A stretch of DNA of 64,000 nucleotides from an uncultured Ignavibacteriales bacterium (lineage in GTDB: Bacteria; Zixibacteria; MSB-5A5; GN15; JAAZOE01): contig CAZJWR010000009.1 in NCBI GenBank assembly GCA_964549765.1, positions 15,442-79,441 on the forward strand. Direction: 5' to 3'. Shown in pieces: positions 10,201 through 19,538 of the stretch. Both the position numbers and the translations under genes were made by a program. The first letter of the stretch is position 1. Each line of letters begins with the position of its first letter. The notes under the pieces are model-generated. The model made no database searches and was not told the origin of the DNA. It worked only from the letters and a program-made list of their open reading frames with translations.

Positions 10201-11140
10201 TCTGTGTAAATAATGAGCACGGGATCAGAATAGTCGGCGGTACATCGTTCCCGGAAAAGTAATCGCTGACGGCCTTGATGGTGCTGCGCCCGATTTCGCG
10301 GGGTTGCTGGATGACGTCAGCATATATTTTCCCGGCCGCGATCGCGTCTCTGGCCTCCGGCACGGCATCGAATCCGACGATGATGACGCGGCCCGATTTG
10401 CCCGCTTTCTCGATTGCGGCCAGCGCGCCAAGCGCGGAATCGTCATTGATACCGAAGATGGCATTGAGATCGGGATGCGCCTGCAATATGTCTTCCACCG
10501 TGCGAAAGGCCTGATCTTTTACGCCGTGCCCGGAAAGTTTGGCGACGATCTGGATGTTCGGCCAATTGGCGAGTTCATCCTCGAACCCGCTCACGCGCTG
10601 GATGACCGATTCTACCTCGGGATGATCGATGATGGCCACTTTGCCCGTGCCGTTCAGCGCCCGGGCAATGGCCTGCGCCGCCAGTCGGCCGCCGGCGACG
10701 TTGTCCGAGGCGATATGTGAAACCACCTTGACGCCTTCGGCCAGGCAGGCGATGTCGGCCGTGAAGACGGGGACGCCGGTGTCGTTGGCTTCTTTGATGG
10801 CGGTGCCGATCGATTTGGAGTCGCAGGGACTGACGATGATAGCGTTGACTTTGCGGACGATGAAGTCCTGGATCTGATCCTTCTGCTTGGCGACGTCGAA
10901 TTCGCCGGCCGTAACCAGCAGGTTGTATCCGGCGTTCTTCGCCGCTTCCTGAAGGCCAGCTTCGAGGTCCTGATAGAACGGATGGGTTCTGGTCAAGAGC
11001 GACACCCCAATGACGATGCCGGCTGTGTCGGTTTTATCGGCGGGTGATTTGGATTCGGATTTTTCTTTGCCGCATCCGGCAAGAAGCGGAATCATGAGTG
11101 ATAAAATAAGGATATAAATTCCCGGTGATTTCCAACGCAT
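10187..11140 (-). CDS. Sugar ABC transporter substrate-binding lipoprotein (RbsB-like)
   Basis: Lipobox LLAGC after MRWKSPGIYILILSLMIP. Periplasmic-binding-protein type I features are present (IGVSLLTRTHPFYQDL, VIIVGFDAVPEARDAI). Start moved to ATG 11140. Confidence 0.85.
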   Translation of the reverse strand: MRWKSPGIYILILSLMIPLLAGCGKEKSESKSPADKTDTAGIVIGVSLLTRTHPFYQDLEAGLQEAAKNAGYNLLVTAGEFDVAKQKDQIQDFIVRKVNAIIVSPCDSKSIGTAIKEANDTGVPVFTADIACLAEGVKVVSHIASDNVAGGRLAAQAIARALNGTGKVAIIDHPEVESVIQRVSGFEDELANWPNIQIVAKLSGHGVKDQAFRTVEDILQAHPDLNAIFGINDDSALGALAAIEKAGKSGRVIIVGFDAVPEARDAIAAGKIYADVIQQPREIGRSTIKAVSDYFSGNDVPPTILIPCSLFTQSDAK

Positions 11141-11552
11141 AGGGTACCTTTCATGTGGCGTCGGCGATGCCGACGCATTCAAATGGTACAACAAACCATC
11201 GAGTTGAAACTACGACATTCGACTTGCTTTGGCAAGGCAATTTGTATACCCGCCATTACGCGGAAAAGAGTCGATAATTTTGTGAAAAATATCGCTTGCA
11301 AAACGAAAAAACTCCCTGTAATTTTGTATGCATAATTAGTGAATGTCCCCGTGGCGGGAGACGGTGAATGATTCTTTGGTATTGTCTTCGTCGGTTTACA
11401 GATTCTGTGATTACTTCCCTTGTCGGTATCGATCCAGCATATCCATGTCCAAGAGCGATCAAGTTCCGGGTAATGTCTTGAATCGGATGAAGCACCGATG
11501 ACGAAAGGCCATGGGACATTTAAAGACAGCTGGAATCTGGGAGGAATCTAAT

Positions 11553-11882
11553 ATGGAATCGGACTGCACCGATTTGGAACAATTTTCCAACGCAGAATTG
11601 GAAGCGATCGAGATCCACAAGTATTATTTATCGGAAAAAGCCGGTCACGATGTGGGATGGGAGTGCGCCATCAAGGATTGGCTGGCGAATTATGCCGCCC
11701 GATGGCGGTACGAACGGTTGCGAAAGGATTTGGAAGAGCAGTTACGGGAGATCGAAAGATACAAATGGATCGAATCGGAGAAAGCCGGTCGCGATCTGGG
11801 TCAGCAGGCGGCGATCGACTGGATCTGCCGATTCGCGGACGAATGGCGGAAAAGGAGGGATCCCGAGGAATTCGCCGAATGA
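11553..11882 (+). CDS. Hypothetical small protein built from two copies of a K(Y/W)xxSEKAGxDxG...DW...WR motif
   Basis: GGGAGGA Shine-Dalgarno 8 nt upstream of ATG 11553. Internal duplication: HKYYLSEKAGHDVGWECAIKDWLANYAARWR and YKWIESEKAGRDLGQQAAIDWICRFADEWR. Confidence 0.45.
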   Translation: MESDCTDLEQFSNAELEAIEIHKYYLSEKAGHDVGWECAIKDWLANYAARWRYERLRKDLEEQLREIERYKWIESEKAGRDLGQQAAIDWICRFADEWRKRRDPEEFAE

Positions 11883-12146
11883 TTTCTCAGCGGCCTGTCG
11901 GCCGCGATTGCAGATCGTAGACTCAACTTATAAGTTCACCGCATATCCTCATGCGGCCCCGGAGCAGGCGAACTCGCATAAACAAGCACGATCCCTGATC
12001 GCGCGAGCGTGCCGATCCGCTTTCCGAAAAAGCTCTACTTCTGCACCGACCTTGTGACACCGGGGTGATTATCATTGTGACAAATTCCTAAAGAATTATT
12101 ATACTACAGCATGGATTTACACAGTCGGCAGGAATGTCCGTGAAAC

Positions 12147-12611
12147 ATGCCCAATGATCGGTACACAATAAGCCACAGTATCAATTACCTGCAACAGGCG
12201 GTGCGGTACAAGGAAATCGCTTTCGCCGCCAGATACTTCCTCGGCATCGTCTGTCTCCTAGCGGATCAATGGGATGTCGCACAGACCTGTTTCGAAGCCG
12301 TCGTCAACGAATGCCGCAGGCTCTTGACTCGGCAGAGCGATTTTGTGATGGCGCGCGCCGTTCTGACCCAGGCCTTGGCGCTGCTCGGGGATGCGGATAG
12401 CTGTCGTGCGGAGATCGAATTGTTGGAACCCCACGTCGACGACGACGGCTCGATCGCTTATGATATCGCCCGCGCGTACGCCATCATGGGCGACGAGGAA
12501 ATGGCCCGGCGCTATGTCGGCATCGCGGTCGATACCCACCAGGGACCGACTCAATCCGAGATCGCTCTGGACCCGGTACTGAGACGATTTCTGGCGACAC
12601 AGGATGTTTAG
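12147..12611 (+). CDS. Hypothetical protein, TPR-like helical repeats
   Basis: 154-aa ORF with helical-repeat character (AYDIARAYAIMGDEEMARRYVGIAV). No specific family recognised. Confidence 0.35.
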   Translation: MPNDRYTISHSINYLQQAVRYKEIAFAARYFLGIVCLLADQWDVAQTCFEAVVNECRRLLTRQSDFVMARAVLTQALALLGDADSCRAEIELLEPHVDDDGSIAYDIARAYAIMGDEEMARRYVGIAVDTHQGPTQSEIALDPVLRRFLATQDV

Positions 12612-12769
12612 GCGTCAGCTTCCCGCATATTCGAGCCTTAGAGAGGAAAATTCCCGTATTTCCCGATTCATTTTCGTAGTTGATTTAATTTCCTCACGGA
12701 ACGTAATTGGCGGAAACTCGGGCGCGGAACTTATCCGGTCTCCGTGCGGTTTAGGCGGCTGAGGAGAGT

Positions 12770-13963
12770 ATGAGTTTTTTGGTGATGGTCATAGTTGTTC
12801 TGTCCCTGATGTACGGGTATATCGGGTGGCGGATAATCGTGCCGGCGGCGCTTGGTTTTCCCGTGAACCTGATTCTCTGGTTGGTGCTCGCCGTCTCGTT
12901 CCTGCTTCTTTTTGCACCGTTTATTCTTCGGGCTAACGGCGTCGAGGGTATTTTGGTCGATATTACCGCCTGGGCTGCATATCTGACGTTCGGTTTCTTT
13001 ACGCTGCTGTTTGCATTTCTGGTGGCCAAGGATGTGATTTTTGTTCTCATTGCCGGGATCCAGAAATCATCGTTGATCGTACGCGAATTTTTCAATTCCA
13101 CAACATCAGCGGTGGAAAAAGTCGATCCGGATCGCCGCCGTCTGATAATCAATTCTCTCAATGTGGGTATGCTATTCGTAACCGGCGGCCTCACGGGGTA
13201 CGGCATGTTTCAGGCCCTGAAAAAACCGGCGGTTGTCACCGTAGATATTCCCATCAAGGATTTGCATCCAAACCTCGATGGTCTCACCATCGTGCAAATC
13301 ACCGATATTCACGTGGGGCCGACGATCAAACGCGGTTTTGTACAGGAAGTTGTGGATACCGTAAACAGACTCAAACCCGATATTGTCGCCCTGACCGGTG
13401 ATCTCGTGGACGGATCGGTCCGGCAATTGCAGCATGATGTCGCTCCCTTGGCCGAGCTGAAAGCACCGCTCGGGTATTATTTCATCACCGGGAATCATGA
13501 ATATTATTCCGGAGTCAAACAATGGGTGGCGGAAACCGCGCGGCTGGGATTTACCGTGCTTCTGAACGAGCATCGGGTGATCGAGCGAGGGGAGGGGCGT
13601 TTATTACTGGCCGGAGTTACCGATTACTCGGCGGGGCAGTTCGATCCCAGCCAGGCCAGCGACCCGCGCAAGGCGATCGAGGGCGCGCCGGAGTGCCATG
13701 TCAAACTGCTGCTGGCGCACCAACCCAAAAGCATTTTCAAGGCCGCCGAGATCGGGTATGATTATGTCATCTCGGGGCATACCCATGGCGGGCAGTATTT
13801 CCCGTATCATTTTCTGGCCGCGCTGGCCCAGCCATACATATCCGGCCTTCATACTCATGACAGTACGCGTATTTATGTCAGCCGGGGGACAGGGTACTGG
13901 GGGCCGCCACTCCGCATCGGCGCTCCGTCCGAGATCACCGTGCACCGATTCGTCAGAGCATAA
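12770..13963 (+). CDS. Membrane-anchored metallophosphoesterase (YkuE/calcineurin-like)
   Basis: Four N-terminal TM helices, then the phosphoesterase motifs ITDIHVG, TGDLVDG, GNHEYY and SGHTHGGQ. Confidence 0.85.
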   Translation: MSFLVMVIVVLSLMYGYIGWRIIVPAALGFPVNLILWLVLAVSFLLLFAPFILRANGVEGILVDITAWAAYLTFGFFTLLFAFLVAKDVIFVLIAGIQKSSLIVREFFNSTTSAVEKVDPDRRRLIINSLNVGMLFVTGGLTGYGMFQALKKPAVVTVDIPIKDLHPNLDGLTIVQITDIHVGPTIKRGFVQEVVDTVNRLKPDIVALTGDLVDGSVRQLQHDVAPLAELKAPLGYYFITGNHEYYSGVKQWVAETARLGFTVLLNEHRVIERGEGRLLLAGVTDYSAGQFDPSQASDPRKAIEGAPECHVKLLLAHQPKSIFKAAEIGYDYVISGHTHGGQYFPYHFLAALAQPYISGLHTHDSTRIYVSRGTGYWGPPLRIGAPSEITVHRFVRA

Positions 13964-14106
13964 TCGCCCTCTCTTGCCGGATTGGGCGGCTCGCATTCGG
14001 CCGGTGAAATCCGTATAATATTGAAAACTGTATCCCGGATGAGAGGGATGATGCATGCCTGTAGAAAGATCAAAGAATTCCTGTATCGATTCGCCGGACA
14101 GTGTCC

Positions 14107-16518
14107 ATGAGTGACGTCAATACTTCGGCATTCGGCCGGCCGGGAATCGAGCCGCGATGGACGTCCAGCGCCAAAGACGGCGTCGGGACGTCCATAAGCA
14201 TGGCCAGCCGGGTATGGTTCACGTTCAGTCATGGTATCTTTAACGAAATCTACTATCCCCGTATAGACCAGGCTTGCACGCGCGACGTGGGGATGATCGT
14301 CACGGACGGCAAGAACTTCTTTTCCGAGGAGAAACGCCATACCGAGACCCGCACCAGGTACATCGAACCGGCCATTCCGGCGTTCCGGGTGACGAATACA
14401 TGTACCCATGGAATGTATCGCATCGAAAAAGAAATTCTGTCCGACCCCGACCGGGATACGGTTCTACAGCATACAAAATTCGTCCCGCTGGCTCAATCCG
14501 ATGGGGATTATCGGCTGCATGTCCTGCTATCATCGCATCTCGGAAATCGGGGCGCCGGCAATACCGCCTGGCTGGGCGATTACAAAGGGACGCCGATGTT
14601 GTTTGCCGCCCGGGACAGCGATGCGCTGGCACTGGCTTGCTCAGCGCCGTGGAAGTCGCGGTCGGTTGGGTTCGTCGGATTTTCGGACGGCTGGCAGGAT
14701 TTGAACCAGCACAAAATGATGACGTGGCGATTCGAGCGGGCGGAGGACGGCAACGTCGCCCTTGTCGCCGAAATCGACTGGCAGGCCGCCGGGCCAGAAG
14801 GATTCGTCCTGTCCATCGGATTTGGAGTCAATGCGTCCGAGGCGGGACACCGGGCTCTCGCCAGCCTGCTCGAAAATTTCCAAGATATAAAGAAGCGATA
14901 CGTTCATCAGTGGGGAGGATACCATAAGCTCCTGAAGGAAGGCAAAACCGACGGCTTGCGGCCGCGTGACCTGCACAAAATCAGCGCCTCCGTTCTGCGT
15001 ATCCATGAAGCCAAACGGTTCCCCGGCGGGATAATCGCCAGTCTTTCGATACCGTGGGGGATGTCAAAGGGCGACGATGATCTGGGCGGTTATCATCTCG
15101 TCTGGCCGCGCGATCTCGCCGAAAATGCCGGGGGACTATTGGCGACAGGCGCGCACAGCGACGCTCGCCGCGTTCTGCAGTATCTGATGGTGACTCAAGA
15201 GGCAGACGGTCATTGGTCGCAAAACATGTGGCTTGACGGTTATCCCTACTGGACCGGGTCGCAGATGGATGAAACCGCTTTCCCGATACTTCTGGCCGAC
15301 CTGGCAAGACGCCAAGAAGCCATCGACGATGAATATTTTCGTCATCTGTGGCCCACATTTCGCAAAGCAGCGCAGTATATCGTCTGCAACGGCCCGATCA
15401 CGCAACAGGATCGTTGGGAGGAAGATCCCGGTTATTCGCCCTTTTCGCTCGCCGTGGAAATCGCAGCACTTCTGGCCGCCGCCGACATGGCCGATCTGAA
15501 CGGGGAGCAGAAAATCGCGACTTATCTAAGACAGACGGCCGATGTTTGGAATGCCTCCGTTGAACGCTGGACGTATGTCCGAAATACGGACCTGACGCGA
15601 TCGCTGGGCGTCGATGGATATTATGTTCGGATATCGCCGCCGGAAACCTCGGACGGATCATCGCCATTGTTCGGATTCGTACCGATAAAGAACCGTCCTC
15701 CGGGCGAGAGCGGAGAAGACGCGGCGCATATTATCAGCCCCGACGCGCTGGCGCTGGTGCGGTTCGGCCTTCGCGCCGCCGATGACGCGCGGATCGTGAA
15801 TACGGTGAAGGTCATCGACGCGCTATTGAAAGTCGAAACGCCGTCAGGCCCGGTATGGCACCGGTATAACGATGACGGTTACGGCGAACATGAGGACGGC
15901 GGCTCGTTCGATGGTAGCGGGATTGGAAGGGGTTGGCCGCTTCTCACGGGAGAACGGGGTCATTATGAACTCGCGGCGGGAAGACCTGAAGAAGCGAAAC
16001 GGCTGCTGGCGGCGATGGAAAATCTGGCTGGCGGGTCGGGCTTGATTCCCGAGCAGGTCTGGGACAGCGACGATATTCCGGAAAAAGAGCTCTTTTTGGG
16101 GCGTCCATCGGGTTCAGCCATGCCACTGGTGTGGGCGCATGCCGAATACCTCAAGCTGCATCGATCCATCACGGATAACCGTGTTTTCGACCTGCCGAGG
16201 CAGACGGTGCAGCGGTATATCGTGGACAAGGTCAAGTCAAATATTGCCATATGGCGGTTCAATCATAAGTGCCGCACGATTCCCAAGGGGAAGACGCTTC
16301 GGATTGAGATATTGGAACCGGCGCTGATCCATTGGAGCAATGACGGCTGGACGACGACGCATGATACCGCGACCGACGATACCGGCATCGGCATCCAGAT
16401 CGCGGATTTACCGACCGGGAAACTTGAACCGGGCCGCGAGGTGGTCTTTACTTTTTATTGGCAACGGTTGGATACTTGGGAACGGAAGGATTATTCGATA
16501 CTGGTTTCGGATACGTAA
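14107..16518 (+). CDS. GH15 glucoamylase/glucodextranase-type glycoside hydrolase
   Basis: N-terminal glucodextranase-N-like beta domain (GIEPRWTSSAKDGVGTS..., WFTFSHGIFNEIYYPRIDQ). (alpha/alpha)6 catalytic domain motifs YHLVWPRDLAENAGGLLATG and QDRWEE. Confidence 0.85.
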   Translation: MSDVNTSAFGRPGIEPRWTSSAKDGVGTSISMASRVWFTFSHGIFNEIYYPRIDQACTRDVGMIVTDGKNFFSEEKRHTETRTRYIEPAIPAFRVTNTCTHGMYRIEKEILSDPDRDTVLQHTKFVPLAQSDGDYRLHVLLSSHLGNRGAGNTAWLGDYKGTPMLFAARDSDALALACSAPWKSRSVGFVGFSDGWQDLNQHKMMTWRFERAEDGNVALVAEIDWQAAGPEGFVLSIGFGVNASEAGHRALASLLENFQDIKKRYVHQWGGYHKLLKEGKTDGLRPRDLHKISASVLRIHEAKRFPGGIIASLSIPWGMSKGDDDLGGYHLVWPRDLAENAGGLLATGAHSDARRVLQYLMVTQEADGHWSQNMWLDGYPYWTGSQMDETAFPILLADLARRQEAIDDEYFRHLWPTFRKAAQYIVCNGPITQQDRWEEDPGYSPFSLAVEIAALLAAADMADLNGEQKIATYLRQTADVWNASVERWTYVRNTDLTRSLGVDGYYVRISPPETSDGSSPLFGFVPIKNRPPGESGEDAAHIISPDALALVRFGLRAADDARIVNTVKVIDALLKVETPSGPVWHRYNDDGYGEHEDGGSFDGSGIGRGWPLLTGERGHYELAAGRPEEAKRLLAAMENLAGGSGLIPEQVWDSDDIPEKELFLGRPSGSAMPLVWAHAEYLKLHRSITDNRVFDLPRQTVQRYIVDKVKSNIAIWRFNHKCRTIPKGKTLRIEILEPALIHWSNDGWTTTHDTATDDTGIGIQIADLPTGKLEPGREVVFTFYWQRLDTWERKDYSILVSDT

Positions 16519-16749
16519 TCCGGCGCGCCGGGAGCCCTGAGCCACCCGGGGATATGACTCTAATATTGTGAACCTTTTTTCGGCCCGTCCGTATTATCTG
16601 TACAGACAGTTTCATCTCGAGGGATTTCGTGGACAGAGACAGGAGCGATCGGGGCGACTCCTCCGAGGGTGATTTCGGGACCCGGTCGCGGCGATTCCGA
16701 AATCGGTTGGCGGAAGGAGTCACAGGTGAACGTACGACGGAGCAAATAT

Positions 16750-17112
16750 ATGGAATTCGAGGATGCGGTAATCGGTGATGTCGTTGTGGTTATTCTTCAC
16801 GGCAAAATAATGGCCTACGAGGACAGTCTGCCATTGCGGGAGCGGCTCAAGGAACATCTCGATTCGGAAATGACCAAATTCGTGATCGACATGGCCGATG
16901 TCCCGTGGATGAATTCCGAGGGCATTGGCCTGTTGGCGACGGCGGTAGCAACAGTGGGTAAGGCGGGGGGCAGGTTGGTTCTGGCCAATATCAGCAAGAA
17001 GGTTGAGAGCGTGCTCACCATCACCAAGTGCGATGCCATCATCAAGCATTATGACAGCCGTGAGGCGGCAGTGGCGTCGTTGTCCGGGTCATATTCCGAT
17101 TCGGCGCATTAG
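16750..17112 (+). CDS. STAS-domain anti-sigma-factor antagonist (SpoIIAA-like)
   Basis: About 120 aa from ATG 16750. Typical STAS pattern VVVILHGKIM...KFVIDMADVPWMNSEGIGLL...LVLANISKKVESVLTITKCD. Confidence 0.75.
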   Translation: MEFEDAVIGDVVVVILHGKIMAYEDSLPLRERLKEHLDSEMTKFVIDMADVPWMNSEGIGLLATAVATVGKAGGRLVLANISKKVESVLTITKCDAIIKHYDSREAAVASLSGSYSDSAH

Positions 17113-17755
17113 CATTCCCGAATCGGGGCCAGACGTTTCTCACCATACATAATCGCCAGAGGTCGCGGCTGCTGGTTCGTATAAACGGCACGATGGCCAG
17201 CCGAACGGTTGTCCCCAGACTTTTTTCGAGAAAGCGCAATTCCTCCAGTTGTTCCCCGACAGCCGGGTTCGGCGGCGGTTTGATGCTTCGTTCCCTCATC
17301 AGCAGGATCGCCTTGGCGCCGATGGATAATTCGGCTTGAATCCGAAGCAGGCACAGCATATCGGCCACTACCGGGCCGGGGAATTTCTCTTTAAGAGCGC
17401 TTAAATATTCCCCGATGGGAGTTTCCCTGATTTGTCCGGTGATTATTTGAACGAGCAGTTCCGCGTCGGCGTCCATGCCCGTGCCCAGCCACAACCCGGT
17501 CGCCTTTTCGCTGCGATCAAAAGCAAATACCAGTAGAGGCGGCATGGCCGCGAGTAGAATTAACGTGGTCCAGACCGGCGAGAGGATGGAATGATTGAAT
17601 ACGGAATGGATGATGATGGCGGCCGCCAATCCGGGGATGAAGGAAAGGTACGGTTTTGTGGGCTGTCGTTCGCTCAGGGCTTTCGAAATTATGCCGAATA
17701 TCGACGCGGCGGCACCGTGCAGGGCGGCGGTTCCGAAACCGCGATTTATCCACAC
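17042..17755 (-). CDS. PrsW-like intramembrane protease family protein, C-terminal portion only; 5' end unresolved (possible pseudogene)
   Basis: RGFGTAALHGAAASIFG and IIHSVFNH resemble the distal PrsW motifs. There is no ATG start: the frame is open only back to a TGA near 17840. TM-like sequence upstream lies in other frames. Confidence 0.35.
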   Translation of the reverse strand: MWINRGFGTAALHGAAASIFGIISKALSERQPTKPYLSFIPGLAAAIIIHSVFNHSILSPVWTTLILLAAMPPLLVFAFDRSEKATGLWLGTGMDADAELLVQIITGQIRETPIGEYLSALKEKFPGPVVADMLCLLRIQAELSIGAKAILLMRERSIKPPPNPAVGEQLEELRFLEKSLGTTVRLAIVPFIRTSSRDLWRLCMVRNVWPRFGNANAPNRNMTRTTTPLPPHGCHNA

Positions 17756-17960
17756 GACAATGACGCCGTTCTGGAGCAGAGAAAAGATGAAAAATGGCAG
17801 CGGTTCGCCGTTGCTTCAGGAAGTATATCCGGAAACAGGCCAGAACGCCACCCCAAAATGCGGAACTGAAAGCGGAGGGCTTTTTTAATAATGGCCGGAC
17901 CGCGAACGGTTCGGCCGGCTATCAGAGGCTCGTCATTGGCAAAAAGCCGGTCGGATCGGT

Positions 17961-18455
17961 TTACCAGTTGTAATCCAGCCCCCGGAATTTGGCGTCGGCG
18001 ACGATGACCTTCATGATGGCGACGACATGACTTCTCTCTGCGTCTATAATCTGCTTGAGCTGAGGCTGTTCGCCCAGAATATCGCGAATGGCTTCGTAAT
18101 ATTGCAGGGTCGCCTTTTCGAAGGCCAGCGCTTTGCCGAGAGCATCATTGGACGTCTCGATGTCGTCGGTATTCTTGAGGCCGTCCTTTCTGAAGAACGA
18201 GGAGATGGCGGTTGCCCGCAGGTATTGGTACTGCTCGAACTGCTCAGCCCTAATATCCTGTTCCGGCACCGATTCCAGAACGGTCTTAAACTGGGTTTCA
18301 TGTTTTCGCTCATCGCGCACCAGTTGATCGAAAATTTCGGCTAATTCCTTTTGATTTGCGAACTTATGTTTCAGCCGGTCATAAAAATCGGCCCCCATCT
18401 GTTCGGTGACTACAGCCAGTTCGATGGCTTTACGCAACGTCAGGTCTTTTATCAT
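17961..18455 (-). CDS. Ferritin-like/rubrerythrin-family di-iron protein
   Basis: 164 aa, four-helix-bundle pattern with two ExxH motifs (DERKHETQF and AERSHVVAI). Confidence 0.7.
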   Translation of the reverse strand: MIKDLTLRKAIELAVVTEQMGADFYDRLKHKFANQKELAEIFDQLVRDERKHETQFKTVLESVPEQDIRAEQFEQYQYLRATAISSFFRKDGLKNTDDIETSNDALGKALAFEKATLQYYEAIRDILGEQPQLKQIIDAERSHVVAIMKVIVADAKFRGLDYNW

Positions 18456-18505
18456 TTGAATCTCCTTGATGTCGAGGGGTTTTGCCCCTATGCCTGCGAC
18501 GGCCG

Positions 18506-19177
18506 TTATTTTTTTCGGGGAATGACTCCCTGCTTGGCCAGTTCGGGGATGATCATTTCGGTAATTTCGTGGTCGACGGCCTGATCCGAGGTCGGGTCAA
18601 TGACTTCACTGGTGGCTGTCCATACCAGCTCCCCCTTTCCCCCGGCACTCCAAACGTCTATGCGATGCCTGATGACGGTGTCGATCGCGATATATCCCGG
18701 TTCATAGATATCCTGATAGTACACGGAGTAGGTATTGTACCAGCGATCATACCTGTAAACCGGGACTTCCGTGATATAGCCCGGCATGTATTGGTCTTCG
18801 GTCCTGGACGGCAGATTTGATGTGATGATAATGCCGTCGAAGTTGTTTTCGCGCACCGTACTGACCACTTCCTGTGTATCGGGAAGGGCATCCGGAAATA
18901 GCTGATAAGACGGAGTGGCCGAGACGCCATAGGCGCGGAGGGCATTGACGAAACTGTCCTCCCACAGGCGGCGGATGGCGGCGTCCCGTTTCATGGTAAT
19001 GACCATCATCTTCGTGAACGCCGTCCTGGGCTGCTCCGGATTTTTCCACACATTGACCAGTTGCGATGAGCTGCAACCGAATAGCCCGGCGGCGAGAATG
19101 CCGGCGATCAGGACAAAAGCGATCATCCGTACCCGGGGCGAATAGTGATCCATATAAAAAATCTCCTCGCGATTCAT
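18506..19177 (-). CDS. Putative lipoprotein, unknown function
   Basis: Signal plus lipobox (IAGILAAGLFGCSSS). No catalytic motif recognised. The exact start is uncertain because there are several in-frame Met codons. Confidence 0.5.
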   Translation of the reverse strand: MNREEIFYMDHYSPRVRMIAFVLIAGILAAGLFGCSSSQLVNVWKNPEQPRTAFTKMMVITMKRDAAIRRLWEDSFVNALRAYGVSATPSYQLFPDALPDTQEVVSTVRENNFDGIIITSNLPSRTEDQYMPGYITEVPVYRYDRWYNTYSVYYQDIYEPGYIAIDTVIRHRIDVWSAGGKGELVWTATSEVIDPTSDQAVDHEITEMIIPELAKQGVIPRKK

Positions 19178-19538
19178 ATTACTTCATCATAAAACGATAC
19201 GAAGGACAATAGGCTCCATAATTGATATTTTCTGCGGGGAGGAGCGAGGAACGCCACTTTTTATTCTTTCGCCGATAAAATCGATGCTCGCGCCGTCGGG
19301 ACGGTATTTTCGATTTTGCGCCGGGCCGGTCATTTTTTCGTTGACAGTCCGGTGACGGACTTCGTAAATTCCTCGATGTGGCATCGAGGATTCCCGGCAT
19401 AATTATGCAGCCTTCGTTTTGGCATCGATCTTGAATACAACTTAATAACGTGAAAGGGGGGATGTACGGGCGTGTGATAATTCTCCGTTTACGCAAAGGG
19501 GAGTATTAATACGTGACTAACTTCACAGGGAGGTTCTC

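Noticed and set aside
17893-17916. Strong 10-bp hairpin GGCCGGACCG-CGAA-CGGTTCGGCC downstream of the ferritin-like gene
   Set aside because: On the transcribed (minus) strand it is followed by AUUAUUAAAAAA, not a U-tract. On the plus strand the T-run precedes the stem. It may still stabilise or terminate the transcript, but it is not a canonical intrinsic terminator.
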